Part shown: positions 24,547 to 32,782 of the stretch, piece after piece | Numbering within the stretch: the first letter of the stretch is position 1 | Layout of the letters: each line of letters begins with the position of its first letter | NCBI GenBank assembly: GCA_041659985.1 | Contig: JBAZXE010000004.1 | Location: 1-63,357, forward strand | DNA length: 63,357 bases | Direction of reading: 5' to 3' | Source of the DNA: Thermoplasmatota archaeon | GTDB lineage: Archaea > Thermoplasmatota > E2 > JACPAO01 > JAHFTW01 | Notes under the pieces: generated by a model | What the model was told of the DNA's origin: nothing | Seen by the model: only the letters and a program-made list of their open reading frames with translations | Database searches by the model: none | Made by a program: the position numbers and the translations under genes

Positions 24547-24993
24547 GTGGCCGGCACACCAGGCATCCGACCGAAGACCTACACGTACCAGACCCGGGTC
24601 GAGTGGGTTGGTTTCCGGGCCGGCCAGCTCCACGCCGCAGGCAAGCCCAGCTTCCGCGTCGCCAGCCCCCCCGAGTTCAAGGGCGAACCAGGAGTCTGGA
24701 GCCCGGAAGACCTGTTCGTCGCCAGCGTCAACATCTGCACCATGACAACGTTCCTGTCCTTCGCCGAACGCGCCAAGCTGGTCCTGACGTCGTACGCGAG
24801 CACTGCAGAAGGGACCCTGGAATTGGTGGAAGGCTCGTTCCGGTTCACGCGCATCGTCATCAAGCCCCAACTCCACGTGCCGGCAGACCAGGTCGAGCAG
24901 GCCCAGCAACTCATGCACGATGCGCACGCCAAGTGTCTGGTCTCGAATTCGATGCGTTGTGTGGTCGAGGTTGAGGCCACGGTGAACGCCTAG
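24547..24993 (+). CDS. osmC: OsmC/Ohr-family peroxiredoxin
   Basis: 148 aa. SPEDLFVASVNICTMTTF and AHAKCLVSNS carry the two conserved Cys. Confidence 0.85.
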   Translation: MAGTPGIRPKTYTYQTRVEWVGFRAGQLHAAGKPSFRVASPPEFKGEPGVWSPEDLFVASVNICTMTTFLSFAERAKLVLTSYASTAEGTLELVEGSFRFTRIVIKPQLHVPADQVEQAQQLMHDAHAKCLVSNSMRCVVEVEATVNA

Positions 24994-25096
24994 GCAAAGG
25001 TGGCCACCCCCGGGTTGGACGCACCGTTTCGCCCCGCTCGAGATGAGGCAGAATAGGCGCCCAGCAATCAGTTCGGTCCGCGAACGCACTGGTGAC

Positions 25097-25267
25097 TTAC
25101 TTGGCGTACTGCGCCGGGTTGGCAACGAACTTCTGCTTGCAGCCCGCGCTACAGAAGTGGTACGTCTTGCCGGCGTGCTCGGCGGAGCCCGCAGCCGATT
25201 TTGGGTCGACGCTCATGCCGCAGACCGGGTCCTTCCCCTGTTTCTTGCCGAATCCGAACAAGCCCAT
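25097..25267 (-). CDS. YHS/TRASH-domain metal-binding protein
   Basis: DPVCGMSVDPKSAAGSAEHAGKTYHFCSAGCKQKFVANP. Start taken at ATG 25267 (MGLFGFGKKQ). Confidence 0.7.
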   Translation of the reverse strand: MGLFGFGKKQGKDPVCGMSVDPKSAAGSAEHAGKTYHFCSAGCKQKFVANPAQYAK

Positions 25268-25409
25268 GCAAGGGCATCGTGGGCGCATCGGTTAGGTGCT
25301 TCGCTGCAGGCGCTGGCCCCGGTGCCCAGTCGAATCGCGGCCGACGCCCGGCCGGGGGATCTTGTCAAGCCTTATCGTGGGCTAATCAAATGACCCCCCG
25401 GTCCGTCCC

Positions 25410-25694
25410 ATGCTTGCAGCCAACTTGATTGCGGCCCTGGTTGTCGCCGGCGTTGCCGGGGCGGGCACCATGGCCAACGAAGCCATGCACGGTGACCTGG
25501 CCGACGGGATGGGGTTCGGGCACAGCCACATGACCGATTACGATGGGGCCCATTGCGCCAGCCACACTGGCCCGCATGCCCCCCAGCACATGGAACACAT
25601 GCACAATGGCACCATGGTCCCGCACGACAGCTGCGCAGGCGGCGCCGGCATGCACAACAGCGGCACCGCCCGCGGAGGGATGATGCATGGCTGA
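25410..25694 (+). CDS. Membrane-anchored His/Met/Cys-rich small protein (cassette copy 2)
   Basis: 94 aa. [46 protein letters not shown]. Paralog of 10980..11261. The box CTAATCAAA at 25382..25390 lies about 24 nt upstream. Confidence 0.7.
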   Translation: MLAANLIAALVVAGVAGAGTMANEAMHGDLADGMGFGHSHMTDYDGAHCASHTGPHAPQHMEHMHNGTMVPHDSCAGGAGMHNSGTARGGMMHG

Positions 25695-25917
25695 ACAACG
25701 CACGGGCCAAATCATCGCCTGGGTCGCCGCAGGACTCCTTGTTGCCGTCCTTGCCATGAGCTTCACCGGCAACGGCACCTGGATGGGCGGCATCGGGATG
25801 GGCTGGATGATGGCCGTGCCCCTTCTGCTGCTCGCATTGGCGATTTGGGCCGCTTACCGTTATGGCCGCATGGAAGCCAAGGTCGAACAAGCGGAAGGGG
25901 AACGCAGGACCCGCTGA
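25687..25917 (+). CDS. Small two-TM membrane protein (cassette copy 2)
   Basis: 76 aa. 8-nt overlap (ATGGCTGA) with the upstream gene. Carries the MSFTGNGT and IWAA motifs as in 11254..11433. Confidence 0.6.
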   Translation: MAEQRTGQIIAWVAAGLLVAVLAMSFTGNGTWMGGIGMGWMMAVPLLLLALAIWAAYRYGRMEAKVEQAEGERRTR

Positions 25918-26028
25918 CCAAGGCAACTCGAGCCACCGCGAGGCGTTGGTCGCGGCGCCCGCCTCCAAAGGCTTCACAACCCATGCATCGCCTGCCGCGA
26001 TTTGCAACGTGAGAGTGTGCCGATTCGA

Positions 26029-26853
26029 ATGAAACCTCCCCGCCTGCTCTACGGCACCGCCTGGAAGGAAGGCGACACGGAACGCCTCGTTGGCCTTGCC
26101 GTCAAGGCAGGGTTCCGCGGCATCGACACCGCCAACCAGCGCAAGCACTACTTCGAGGAGGCCGTCGGGGCGGCGCTGAAATCGGCGTTCAAGACGGGGC
26201 TGGTTGAGCGTGATGCCCTGTTCTTGCAGACGAAGTTCACCCATCTCGGCGGCCAGGACCATCGCCTCCCTTACGACGCGAACGCCCCGGTGGGCCGACA
26301 AGTCGAGCAATCGTTTGCCAGCTCACTACAGCACCTCGGCGTCGACCAGCTTGACTCCTACGTCCTGCACGGCCCGTCCGTCGCGCTGGGCTGGGCGGAC
26401 GAGGATTGGGAGGCGTGGGCTACCATGGAGGACCTGCAACGGGCAGGTCGCACCAAGCACCTAGGCGTCTCCAATGTCTCCGCGGACCAGTTGGAGGAGC
26501 TGCACCAGCGGGCCACCGTCAAGCCGGCATTCGTGCAGAACCGCTGCTTCACGCGGCCGCATGCCGACTTTGCCGTCCGGGAGTATTGCACTGCGAACTC
26601 GATTTCCTACCAGGGGTTTTCCTTGTTGACCGGGCACCGCGCCCTCATGCAAAGCCCCGCAGTTCAGGCCATGGCGAAGCGTTTGGAGGCAACGCTGGCG
26701 CAGGTCGTATTCGCCTATTGCCTGGCGCGGGGAATTCTGGTTCTCACGGGGACGACCTCGTCCGTCCACATGGCGCAAGACCTGGAAGCAGAGCGAATCC
26801 AATTGACTCCAGCGGAGATGGCGGCCATCGATCGGATCCTCGGATGGGCCTAG
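26029..26853 (+). CDS. Aldo/keto reductase
   Basis: LLYGTAWKEGDTERLVGLAVKAGFRGIDTANQRKHY ... LDSYVLHGP ... KHLGVSN. ATG 26029 inside the TTG-started ORF 26002..26853. Confidence 0.85.
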   Translation: MKPPRLLYGTAWKEGDTERLVGLAVKAGFRGIDTANQRKHYFEEAVGAALKSAFKTGLVERDALFLQTKFTHLGGQDHRLPYDANAPVGRQVEQSFASSLQHLGVDQLDSYVLHGPSVALGWADEDWEAWATMEDLQRAGRTKHLGVSNVSADQLEELHQRATVKPAFVQNRCFTRPHADFAVREYCTANSISYQGFSLLTGHRALMQSPAVQAMAKRLEATLAQVVFAYCLARGILVLTGTTSSVHMAQDLEAERIQLTPAEMAAIDRILGWA

Positions 26854-26992
26854 CCCTCCAGTAGGTGCCGGCGGTCGGCAAGGGACGTCGACGGGTGGAC
26901 GCGTCGGACCCCATCGACGGCATCCGAACCCTTGTTTTCCCTGCCAAACAGGCAGCCGACGCACTCATGAACAAGAAGGGCTTGCCCGCGGC

Positions 26993-27301
26993 ATGGCCAC
27001 TTCAGCCAGGACAACGGACATCGCCGAGCATGTCGCCAAGCAGACCGGGCTCAGCACCAAGCAGGCCCGCCAGGCCGTCACCGCCACCTTCGAGGGCGTC
27101 GCGAAGCTTCTCAAGAAGAACGAGCGCGTCACTGTCACCGGCCTCGGCGCCTTCTCCAAGAAGGTCAAGCCGGCCACCAAGGGCGGCAAGAAGGCCATCA
27201 ACCCCTTCACCAAGGAGCCCTACACGACGAAGTCGAAGCCGGCCTCCACCAAGGTCCGCTTCCGCGCCGGCAAGGGCTTCACCGCCCACCTCGGCAAGTA
27301 A
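26993..27301 (+). CDS. hup: HU-family (bacterial-type) DNA-binding protein
   Basis: 102 aa. DIAEHVAKQTGLSTKQARQAVTATFEGVAKLLKKNERVTVTGLGAFSKK...VRFRAGKGF follows the HU/IHF pattern. Confidence 0.85.
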   Translation: MATSARTTDIAEHVAKQTGLSTKQARQAVTATFEGVAKLLKKNERVTVTGLGAFSKKVKPATKGGKKAINPFTKEPYTTKSKPASTKVRFRAGKGFTAHLGK

Positions 27302-27311
27302 GCCGCACGAA

Positions 27312-27347
27312 TCCCTCTCTTCCCTTTCCCCTTCCTTTCTTTGCTTC
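27312..27347 (+). terminator. Polypyrimidine tract downstream of hup (candidate archaeal terminator)
   Basis: TCCCTCTCTTCCCTTTCCCCTTCCTTTCTTTGCTTC fills the convergent gap. A similar tract follows rpl11 at 49452..49491. Confidence 0.4.
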
Positions 27348-27873
27348 AACCCGACGGCTTGCCCGAGGGCCCGCTGGCCTGCAACTGTTTGCGCAGGGCG
27401 GGCGTCAAGTTGAGGTGGAGCACCATCGGGAACGACAAACGGCTCAGCGTTTGACCTCGCGCGGTCAGGCGGTAGGAGACGTGCGGTGGCTTGTCGTTCG
27501 ACACTTTGCGCACCACGAGGCCGTGGCGCTCCATCCCGTCGAGCTCGAGGCTGAGGCTGCGGCCGCTGATGCCGTGGACCCTGGCCCGGATCTCCGAGTA
27601 CCGCAGTTCGTGCGTGGGTTCCAAGGACAGCATGTAGAGGATGGGCAGCGTCCAGCGCTGGAACACCAGTTTCGTCGCCTCCGCGAGGCGTTGGATCAAA
27701 TCGGCGACGGCTTCCGGGTCATGCCGCACCTGGTCGGCCACCAGGCGCGAGAACTCCTCGGAGCGCAGCACGAGGTCGTCGTACTTCGCCATGAGGGGGC
27801 CCGATGCGGACAGGATTGCGCTGGGCAGCTTGTACTCCGCTTCCGGTAGGGAAGCCGCGGTAACCTTCGGCAC
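27346..27873 (-). CDS. HxlR-type winged-helix transcriptional regulator with N-terminal extension
   Basis: FQRWTLPILYMLSLEPTHELRYSEIRARVHGISGRSLSLELDGMERHGLVVRKV. Confidence 0.8.
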   Translation of the reverse strand: MPKVTAASLPEAEYKLPSAILSASGPLMAKYDDLVLRSEEFSRLVADQVRHDPEAVADLIQRLAEATKLVFQRWTLPILYMLSLEPTHELRYSEIRARVHGISGRSLSLELDGMERHGLVVRKVSNDKPPHVSYRLTARGQTLSRLSFPMVLHLNLTPALRKQLQASGPSGKPSG

Positions 27874-27932
27874 TCCTTGTTCCTCCGTGGACTAAGTAGC
27901 GTGATGGCCTCTCACGGGTCAAGAGGATACCG

Positions 27933-28076
27933 ATGCTCCCAGCGCATGCCCACCCTGGCCCCGCGGCCCCGCACGCCTCCAGTGCGGTCAGCTGGGCCAT
28001 CCTCATGGGCTTCCTGGCCTTCACGCTCTTCGGCGTCATCCTGTACCTCGTGCGCCTCGCGCAGGCCGCACCCTAG
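27933..28076 (+). CDS. Possible 47-aa single-TM protein (below the ORF-track cutoff)
   Basis: My translation: MLPAHAHPGPAAPHASSAVSWAILMGFLAFTLFGVILYLVRLAQAAP. A CTAAGTAG box at 27892..27899 lies upstream. Speculative. Confidence 0.3.
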   Translation: MLPAHAHPGPAAPHASSAVSWAILMGFLAFTLFGVILYLVRLAQAAP

Positions 28077-28109
28077 ACCTTCAAGCCCGGGGCCGCCGTC
28101 CGTCCTCCG

Positions 28110-28616
28110 TTGCGCCCGGACCGTGCCCTAGCCGTCGCCGCCTTCCTCCTCGCCGCCACGGCGCTCCTGCTGCCCTGGTGGCAGGTCACGCTCGACGACG
28201 GGACGTTCGTCGACCGCTACACGTTCCGCGCCTTCCAGCCCGTGGAGCCGTGGACGACGGCATGGGCTCCCTGGCTCACGGGCCTTCTCGCCGCCGCGGC
28301 CATCGCTCTTCTCTTCCTGCGCTTGGCTGCCAACAGCCACGAGCACGAACCCGCCTCGTGGCGCCGCGACCTAAGCCTGGCCACAGGTTTGCTGGCCGCC
28401 GCCGTGGCGTCGTGCCTGCTGTGGCCCAACATCGTGCCTTCGTTCTGGGGCGGACGGACCTACACCGTCGCGACCGGACCGCCCACGACGGAGACCGCGA
28501 TGCCAGGACTGGGCTGGTGGCTGGCGCTTGTCGCCACTCTTCTGGCGGCCCTTGCCTCCTGGAAATCACGGCAAAACCCGGCTGGACAAGGGGCCCACGA
28601 CGCAACCACCAAGTAG
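28110..28616 (+). CDS. Membrane protein, unknown function
   Basis: 168 aa, TTG start, four hydrophobic, Trp-rich segments. Confidence 0.55.
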   Translation: MRPDRALAVAAFLLAATALLLPWWQVTLDDGTFVDRYTFRAFQPVEPWTTAWAPWLTGLLAAAAIALLFLRLAANSHEHEPASWRRDLSLATGLLAAAVASCLLWPNIVPSFWGGRTYTVATGPPTTETAMPGLGWWLALVATLLAALASWKSRQNPAGQGAHDATTK

Positions 28617-28637
28617 GGGCCCCTCGTCGGCCCGGTC

Positions 28638-28877
28638 ATGCCCTTGGTGCTCGGCGAACGCGACTACAAGCTGGTCACGCTCTTCACCAAGATTGCGGGC
28701 ATCTTCACCTTCGCCGCCGGCAGCATCATGCTGGTCGACCACGGCCGCGTCGCCCTTGGACTCATCCTCGTGCTCCTCGGCATCGTCGTCACGTTGGCGC
28801 CGGTGCCCATGACCATCCTCATGCCGGATTCCGTCGACAAGGCCGAACGCGAAGAGCAGCTCACCCTCAACGAGTAA
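28638..28877 (+). CDS. Small two-TM membrane protein
   Basis: 79 aa. IAGIFTFAAGSIMLV and LGLILVLLGIVVTLAPV. Confidence 0.5.
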   Translation: MPLVLGERDYKLVTLFTKIAGIFTFAAGSIMLVDHGRVALGLILVLLGIVVTLAPVPMTILMPDSVDKAEREEQLTLNE

Positions 28878-28880
28878 GCA

Positions 28881-30560
28881 TCACGCAACAGGGCGCAATG
28901 CGCCGGCCATTGCGTCCGGCAACGGGCCCTCGTCGTACTGCGGCTCGATGCAGTGGAAGCGCGTCCCCACTTGCGCGTCGAGCGCCTCCCGTGGTAGTGC
29001 GCGCTCCCCCATGGTGCCCGCGTCGAACCGCGACAGGTCCTCGGCCAGCGCGGACCAATGGCTCCAGCGACCGGAGACGGCGTCGTAGAAGACATTGGCA
29101 TCCGTGAAGCGAAGGCCCATTGGATCGTTCGGGTCGTCCCCGGAGTCGCTGAAAAGCCAGGCCCCCATCTGGAGCCCGGCCAACACCGTGCCGGACCGTC
29201 CGGCCTCGAGCCAGAGTGTCGGGCGGACCTCAAGCAAGCATGGGTAACCGGCGAGGAGGTCGACGATCCAGATGTCCTGCATGGCCTGATTGGGCGTCAG
29301 GACCGCCCCGGGGGAAGCGTCGCACCGGAAGGCGAAGTCGGTCGCCTGCCCTTTGCCGCCGGACTCCGGCGCGCTGTATCCCGGCGTCTCGATGATGCTG
29401 ATCAAGCCGCCGCTTGCGGAGTACCGGATCTCCCAGCCCTCCATGGCGTCCGACGTGGCCAGGAAAGCGTGCACCGCCACCTCGTCCCCTGAGCCCAAGG
29501 GATCGAGCACCTCGGTGTAGCGATAGCCGCCCCCGAAGTAGGCCATGACCCTCATGGCGCACAGCCGGTCGAACCGTTCTTTTGCGGCGGGCGCCCGGGC
29601 CAGGAGTTCGTCGAGCATGTCACGGAACGTCACGCCCATCGTGAAGGCCTCGTCCGTGTCGCCTGCGAAGTAGAGGTCGCTGGCCGGCACCGGCGTGGCG
29701 TCCCGCAGCGGCCAGGCGGCGATGGGGTCCAAGGCCTCGCCCAATTCCAGGGAAGTCCGCTGCGCGGCCTTCGTCCAGATGGGCCCGTTGGCAGGGTCCC
29801 GTCCGCTTGTCCCGTAGCCTTCTTGGACGAAGCGCTCGGGAATTCCGTGGCCGTCGAGTTGCACGGCGAGGTTGGGGTCGAGGTCGTAGGCCAGAGGCAG
29901 ACGCCAGCCCGGCGGCAGTCGAAGCGTCCCCCCTTGTTTCACCAGAGCGACCTCCTGCCATTGGCCAGCTTGGTGCACCCGCATGGTCTCCTGCCAGCCG
30001 TAACCGAACGGGGCGGGCGACCCCTTGACGGCCCACGAGACGTCGACAAAGTCGCCGCATCGCTCGGCGGGCTCGCAGCATTCCGGGCAATCGTGGACAG
30101 GGACCTCGCGGCGTTCCCAGTCTACGTAGCGTTCATGGTCGCAGGGCTGCAGGGCTCGGCAAGGGCGGTCGCTGCGCATGAGCAGGCCATCGCCGTCCAG
30201 GTAGTGGCGCGTCGGAACAAGGTCGTCCAGCGACTCGGCGGTGGACCCGACCGGCCAGAGCGCCTGGACGGATTCAAGGACGTAGGCCGTCCGGAGTTCT
30301 CCCGTATCGTCCGCGATGACTACGGGAGGCTTCAACTGCAGCTTCATCCGGCCGATGTACTCACTCGGCCGGTCCTCCAGCAGCTGCGGCCCGCGTTCGA
30401 ACTCGGCTTGAACGAAGGCCAAGTCGTACGTCGCCACGAAGGCACGCGGACCGAGCAGGTCCTCACCCTGCGGCACCGTGATGCAGCCGCCGATGGCCGT
30501 GGCAATCAGAATGGCTGCCAGCCCAAAACGCACGCTCTCCAGGCCGGCCGCCACCAGCAT
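28881..30560 (-). CDS. Secreted lipoprotein, unknown function
   Basis: 559 aa. AILIATAIGGC lipobox and a CPECCEPAERC cysteine cluster. Confidence 0.75.
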   Translation of the reverse strand: MLVAAGLESVRFGLAAILIATAIGGCITVPQGEDLLGPRAFVATYDLAFVQAEFERGPQLLEDRPSEYIGRMKLQLKPPVVIADDTGELRTAYVLESVQALWPVGSTAESLDDLVPTRHYLDGDGLLMRSDRPCRALQPCDHERYVDWERREVPVHDCPECCEPAERCGDFVDVSWAVKGSPAPFGYGWQETMRVHQAGQWQEVALVKQGGTLRLPPGWRLPLAYDLDPNLAVQLDGHGIPERFVQEGYGTSGRDPANGPIWTKAAQRTSLELGEALDPIAAWPLRDATPVPASDLYFAGDTDEAFTMGVTFRDMLDELLARAPAAKERFDRLCAMRVMAYFGGGYRYTEVLDPLGSGDEVAVHAFLATSDAMEGWEIRYSASGGLISIIETPGYSAPESGGKGQATDFAFRCDASPGAVLTPNQAMQDIWIVDLLAGYPCLLEVRPTLWLEAGRSGTVLAGLQMGAWLFSDSGDDPNDPMGLRFTDANVFYDAVSGRWSHWSALAEDLSRFDAGTMGERALPREALDAQVGTRFHCIEPQYDEGPLPDAMAGALRPVA

Positions 30561-30623
30561 AACGGTTGCGGTCGATTCGGAGAACCGGCACGATTGAAGC
30601 CGGCCGCCGGCGTCGGACGGTTT

Positions 30624-31247
30624 GTGGCGGTGCTGTCAGGCGAGGCCCTGGTCCTCCTGGCAATCCTGACTCTCATCCCCGGCCCGGACACGTTCCTCAC
30701 GCTGCGGCAAGGTCTCGTCGGCGGCCTCCGGCTGGCGTGGCCGACCATCGCCGGCATCAGCACAGGCACGGTCGTCCATGCTACGGTTTCGGGCGCTGGG
30801 CTGGCCCTCCTGTTCAAGCATTCCCCGACGGCGTTCCGGGTCGTGCAGTTCGCCGGTGTCGGGTACCTGGCGTTCCTCGGCATCCGGTCGTTGTGGTCAG
30901 CCTTGAATTCAAAGCCCTCGGAGGTCGTCGAATCTGATTCCCGGCGCAGCGGTGGATGGCGCGGCTACCGCGATGGCCTTGCGACGAACCTGCTCAACCC
31001 CAAAGTGGCGCTGTTCTACCTCGCATTCCTCTCGCCCTACATCCCGGCAGGCCAGGACATCCTGCTGACGTCGATGCTGTACGGGTTGTGCCACGCCATC
31101 ATGGGGGAAGTCCAGCTTGGCTCCGTCGCAATCCTCGCCGACCAGGTCCGGACGCGGGTGGCAAGCCCAGGATTTCGCCGCGGGACGGAAGCGGTGGCGG
31201 GAACGGTTCTCCTCCTGTTCGCCCTCAGGCTGGCCATGGACCGATAA
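30624..31247 (+). CDS. LysE/RhtB-family amino-acid exporter
   Basis: C-terminal part of ORF 29823..31247. LLAILTLIPGPDTFLTL ... NLLNPKVALFYLAFL. Start guessed at GTG 30624 (alternative TTG 30594). The box GATTGAAG at 30591..30598 lies about 27 nt upstream. Confidence 0.8.
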   Translation: MAVLSGEALVLLAILTLIPGPDTFLTLRQGLVGGLRLAWPTIAGISTGTVVHATVSGAGLALLFKHSPTAFRVVQFAGVGYLAFLGIRSLWSALNSKPSEVVESDSRRSGGWRGYRDGLATNLLNPKVALFYLAFLSPYIPAGQDILLTSMLYGLCHAIMGEVQLGSVAILADQVRTRVASPGFRRGTEAVAGTVLLLFALRLAMDR

Positions 31248-31340
31248 GGAGAAAACGCTCATGGTTGTGAGAAAACGAGTGAACATGGCGCAAAATTGCA
31301 TTATTTTTGCTTCAAACGTATCGCTTTTCTCGCAGTAGTG

Positions 31341-31348
31341 TTATCAAT
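31341..31348 (+). promoter_or_regulatory. TATA-like box TTATCAAT in the AT-rich amt upstream region
   Basis: 31250..31370 is the most AT-rich intergenic stretch I saw in the window. The box centre is about 31 nt upstream of ATG 31375. Confidence 0.4.
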
Positions 31349-31374
31349 CGAGCCTTGACTTGGAGAGGGCAAGG

Positions 31375-32769
31375 ATGCACGTCCGCCGACTCGCCCCTTC
31401 CCTGTTGCTCCTCCTGGTGCCCAGTGTCGCCGCCCAGGATGCCGCCTCCACCATCTCCGCTGGCGACACCGCTTGGCTGCTCACCGCGTCGGCGCTCGTC
31501 ATGCTCATGGTGCCCGGGTTGGCCCTGTTCTACGGCGGCATGGTGCGCCACAAGAACATCGTCTCGACGCTGCTGCAGTGCTTCCTCGTCCTCGCCGTCG
31601 TCTCCATCCAGTTCGCCGTCATCGGCTACACCCTGGCCTTCGGCCCCGACATCGGCGGCGTGATCGGCGGTCTTGACTTCGCCTTCCTCAACGGCATCGG
31701 ACCCAACGACGCCGCCCCGCTTGCCCCGACCGTACCGCACTACGCTTTCGTTCTGTTCCAGGCGATGTTCGCCGCCATCACTCCCGCCCTCATCATCGGC
31801 GCCTTCGTCGAGCGCTTCTCGTTCAAGGCCGTCCTCGTCTTCACCACGCTCTGGGCCACCCTCGTCTACGACCCCGTCGCGCACGCCGTGTGGGGCGGCG
31901 GCATCCTCGCGCAGATGGGCGCCCTCGACTTCGCAGGCGGAACTGTCGTCCACCTCACGGCGGGCGTCGCCGCCTTCGCCTGCGCGCTCTACGTCGGTCG
32001 CCGCAAGGGCTTCGGGACGACGCCCATGCCGCCCAACAACATCCCGCTCACCATGCTGGGCGCAGGATTGCTGTGGTTCGGTTGGTTCGGTTTCAACGCC
32101 GGCTCCGCCCTCGCCGCCGGAGGCTTGGCTGCCGTGGCCTTCGCCACGACTCACCTCGCTGCCGCAGCTGCTTGCCTCTCGTGGTGCGGCACGGAATGGC
32201 TGGCGAAGGGCAAACCCACCGCGCTGGGAGCGGCCACCGGCCTCGTCGCGGGCCTCGTCGCCATCACACCGGCCTCCGGTTTCGTGACACCGATGGCAGC
32301 CATCCTCATCGGTCTCGCAGTCGGCCCGCTGTGCTACGGAGCGGTCCTTCTCGTCAAGCATCTCTTGAAACTCGACGACAGCCTGGACGCCTTCGGGGTG
32401 CACGGCGTCGGCGGCGCCTTCGGCTCCATCGCCACCGGCCTGCTCGCGACGCCGTTCATCAACGGCCTGGCGCGCACCGGATTGTTGGCGACCCCTGATG
32501 GTGGGCTGGGCTTCACCGCCTCCGGCATGGACCTGCTGGCCGACCAGACCCTCGCGGTCGCAGGAGTCGCGACCTACACCTTGCTGACCACGTTCGCCAT
32601 TCTATGGGTGACGGACAAGGTCATCGGGCTCCGCGTTCCTGCCGAAGCTGAACAAGTCGGACTTGACCTCTACGAGCACGGCGAGAAGGCGTACAGCCAC
32701 ACGGACGTGCCGACGCACACGCCGACGAAGGTCGTGCACTTCAGCGCCCACGACGGCGTCGGGAAGTGA
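31375..32769 (+). CDS. amt: Ammonium transporter (Amt family) with signal peptide
   Basis: AGDTAWLLTASALVMLMVPGLALFYGGMVR ... DFAGGTVVHLTAG ... DDSLDAFGVHGVGG. No glnK follows. Confidence 0.9.
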   Translation: MHVRRLAPSLLLLLVPSVAAQDAASTISAGDTAWLLTASALVMLMVPGLALFYGGMVRHKNIVSTLLQCFLVLAVVSIQFAVIGYTLAFGPDIGGVIGGLDFAFLNGIGPNDAAPLAPTVPHYAFVLFQAMFAAITPALIIGAFVERFSFKAVLVFTTLWATLVYDPVAHAVWGGGILAQMGALDFAGGTVVHLTAGVAAFACALYVGRRKGFGTTPMPPNNIPLTMLGAGLLWFGWFGFNAGSALAAGGLAAVAFATTHLAAAAACLSWCGTEWLAKGKPTALGAATGLVAGLVAITPASGFVTPMAAILIGLAVGPLCYGAVLLVKHLLKLDDSLDAFGVHGVGGAFGSIATGLLATPFINGLARTGLLATPDGGLGFTASGMDLLADQTLAVAGVATYTLLTTFAILWVTDKVIGLRVPAEAEQVGLDLYEHGEKAYSHTDVPTHTPTKVVHFSAHDGVGK

Positions 32770-32782
32770 GCCGCCTTCGCCG

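Noticed and set aside
23581-25125. 514-aa minus-strand ORF
   Set aside because: It is antisense to tfb and osmC. Arg/Gly/Ala-rich with no motif.
25372-26310. 312-aa minus-strand ORF
   Set aside because: It is antisense to the cassette copy 2 and the aldo/keto reductase.
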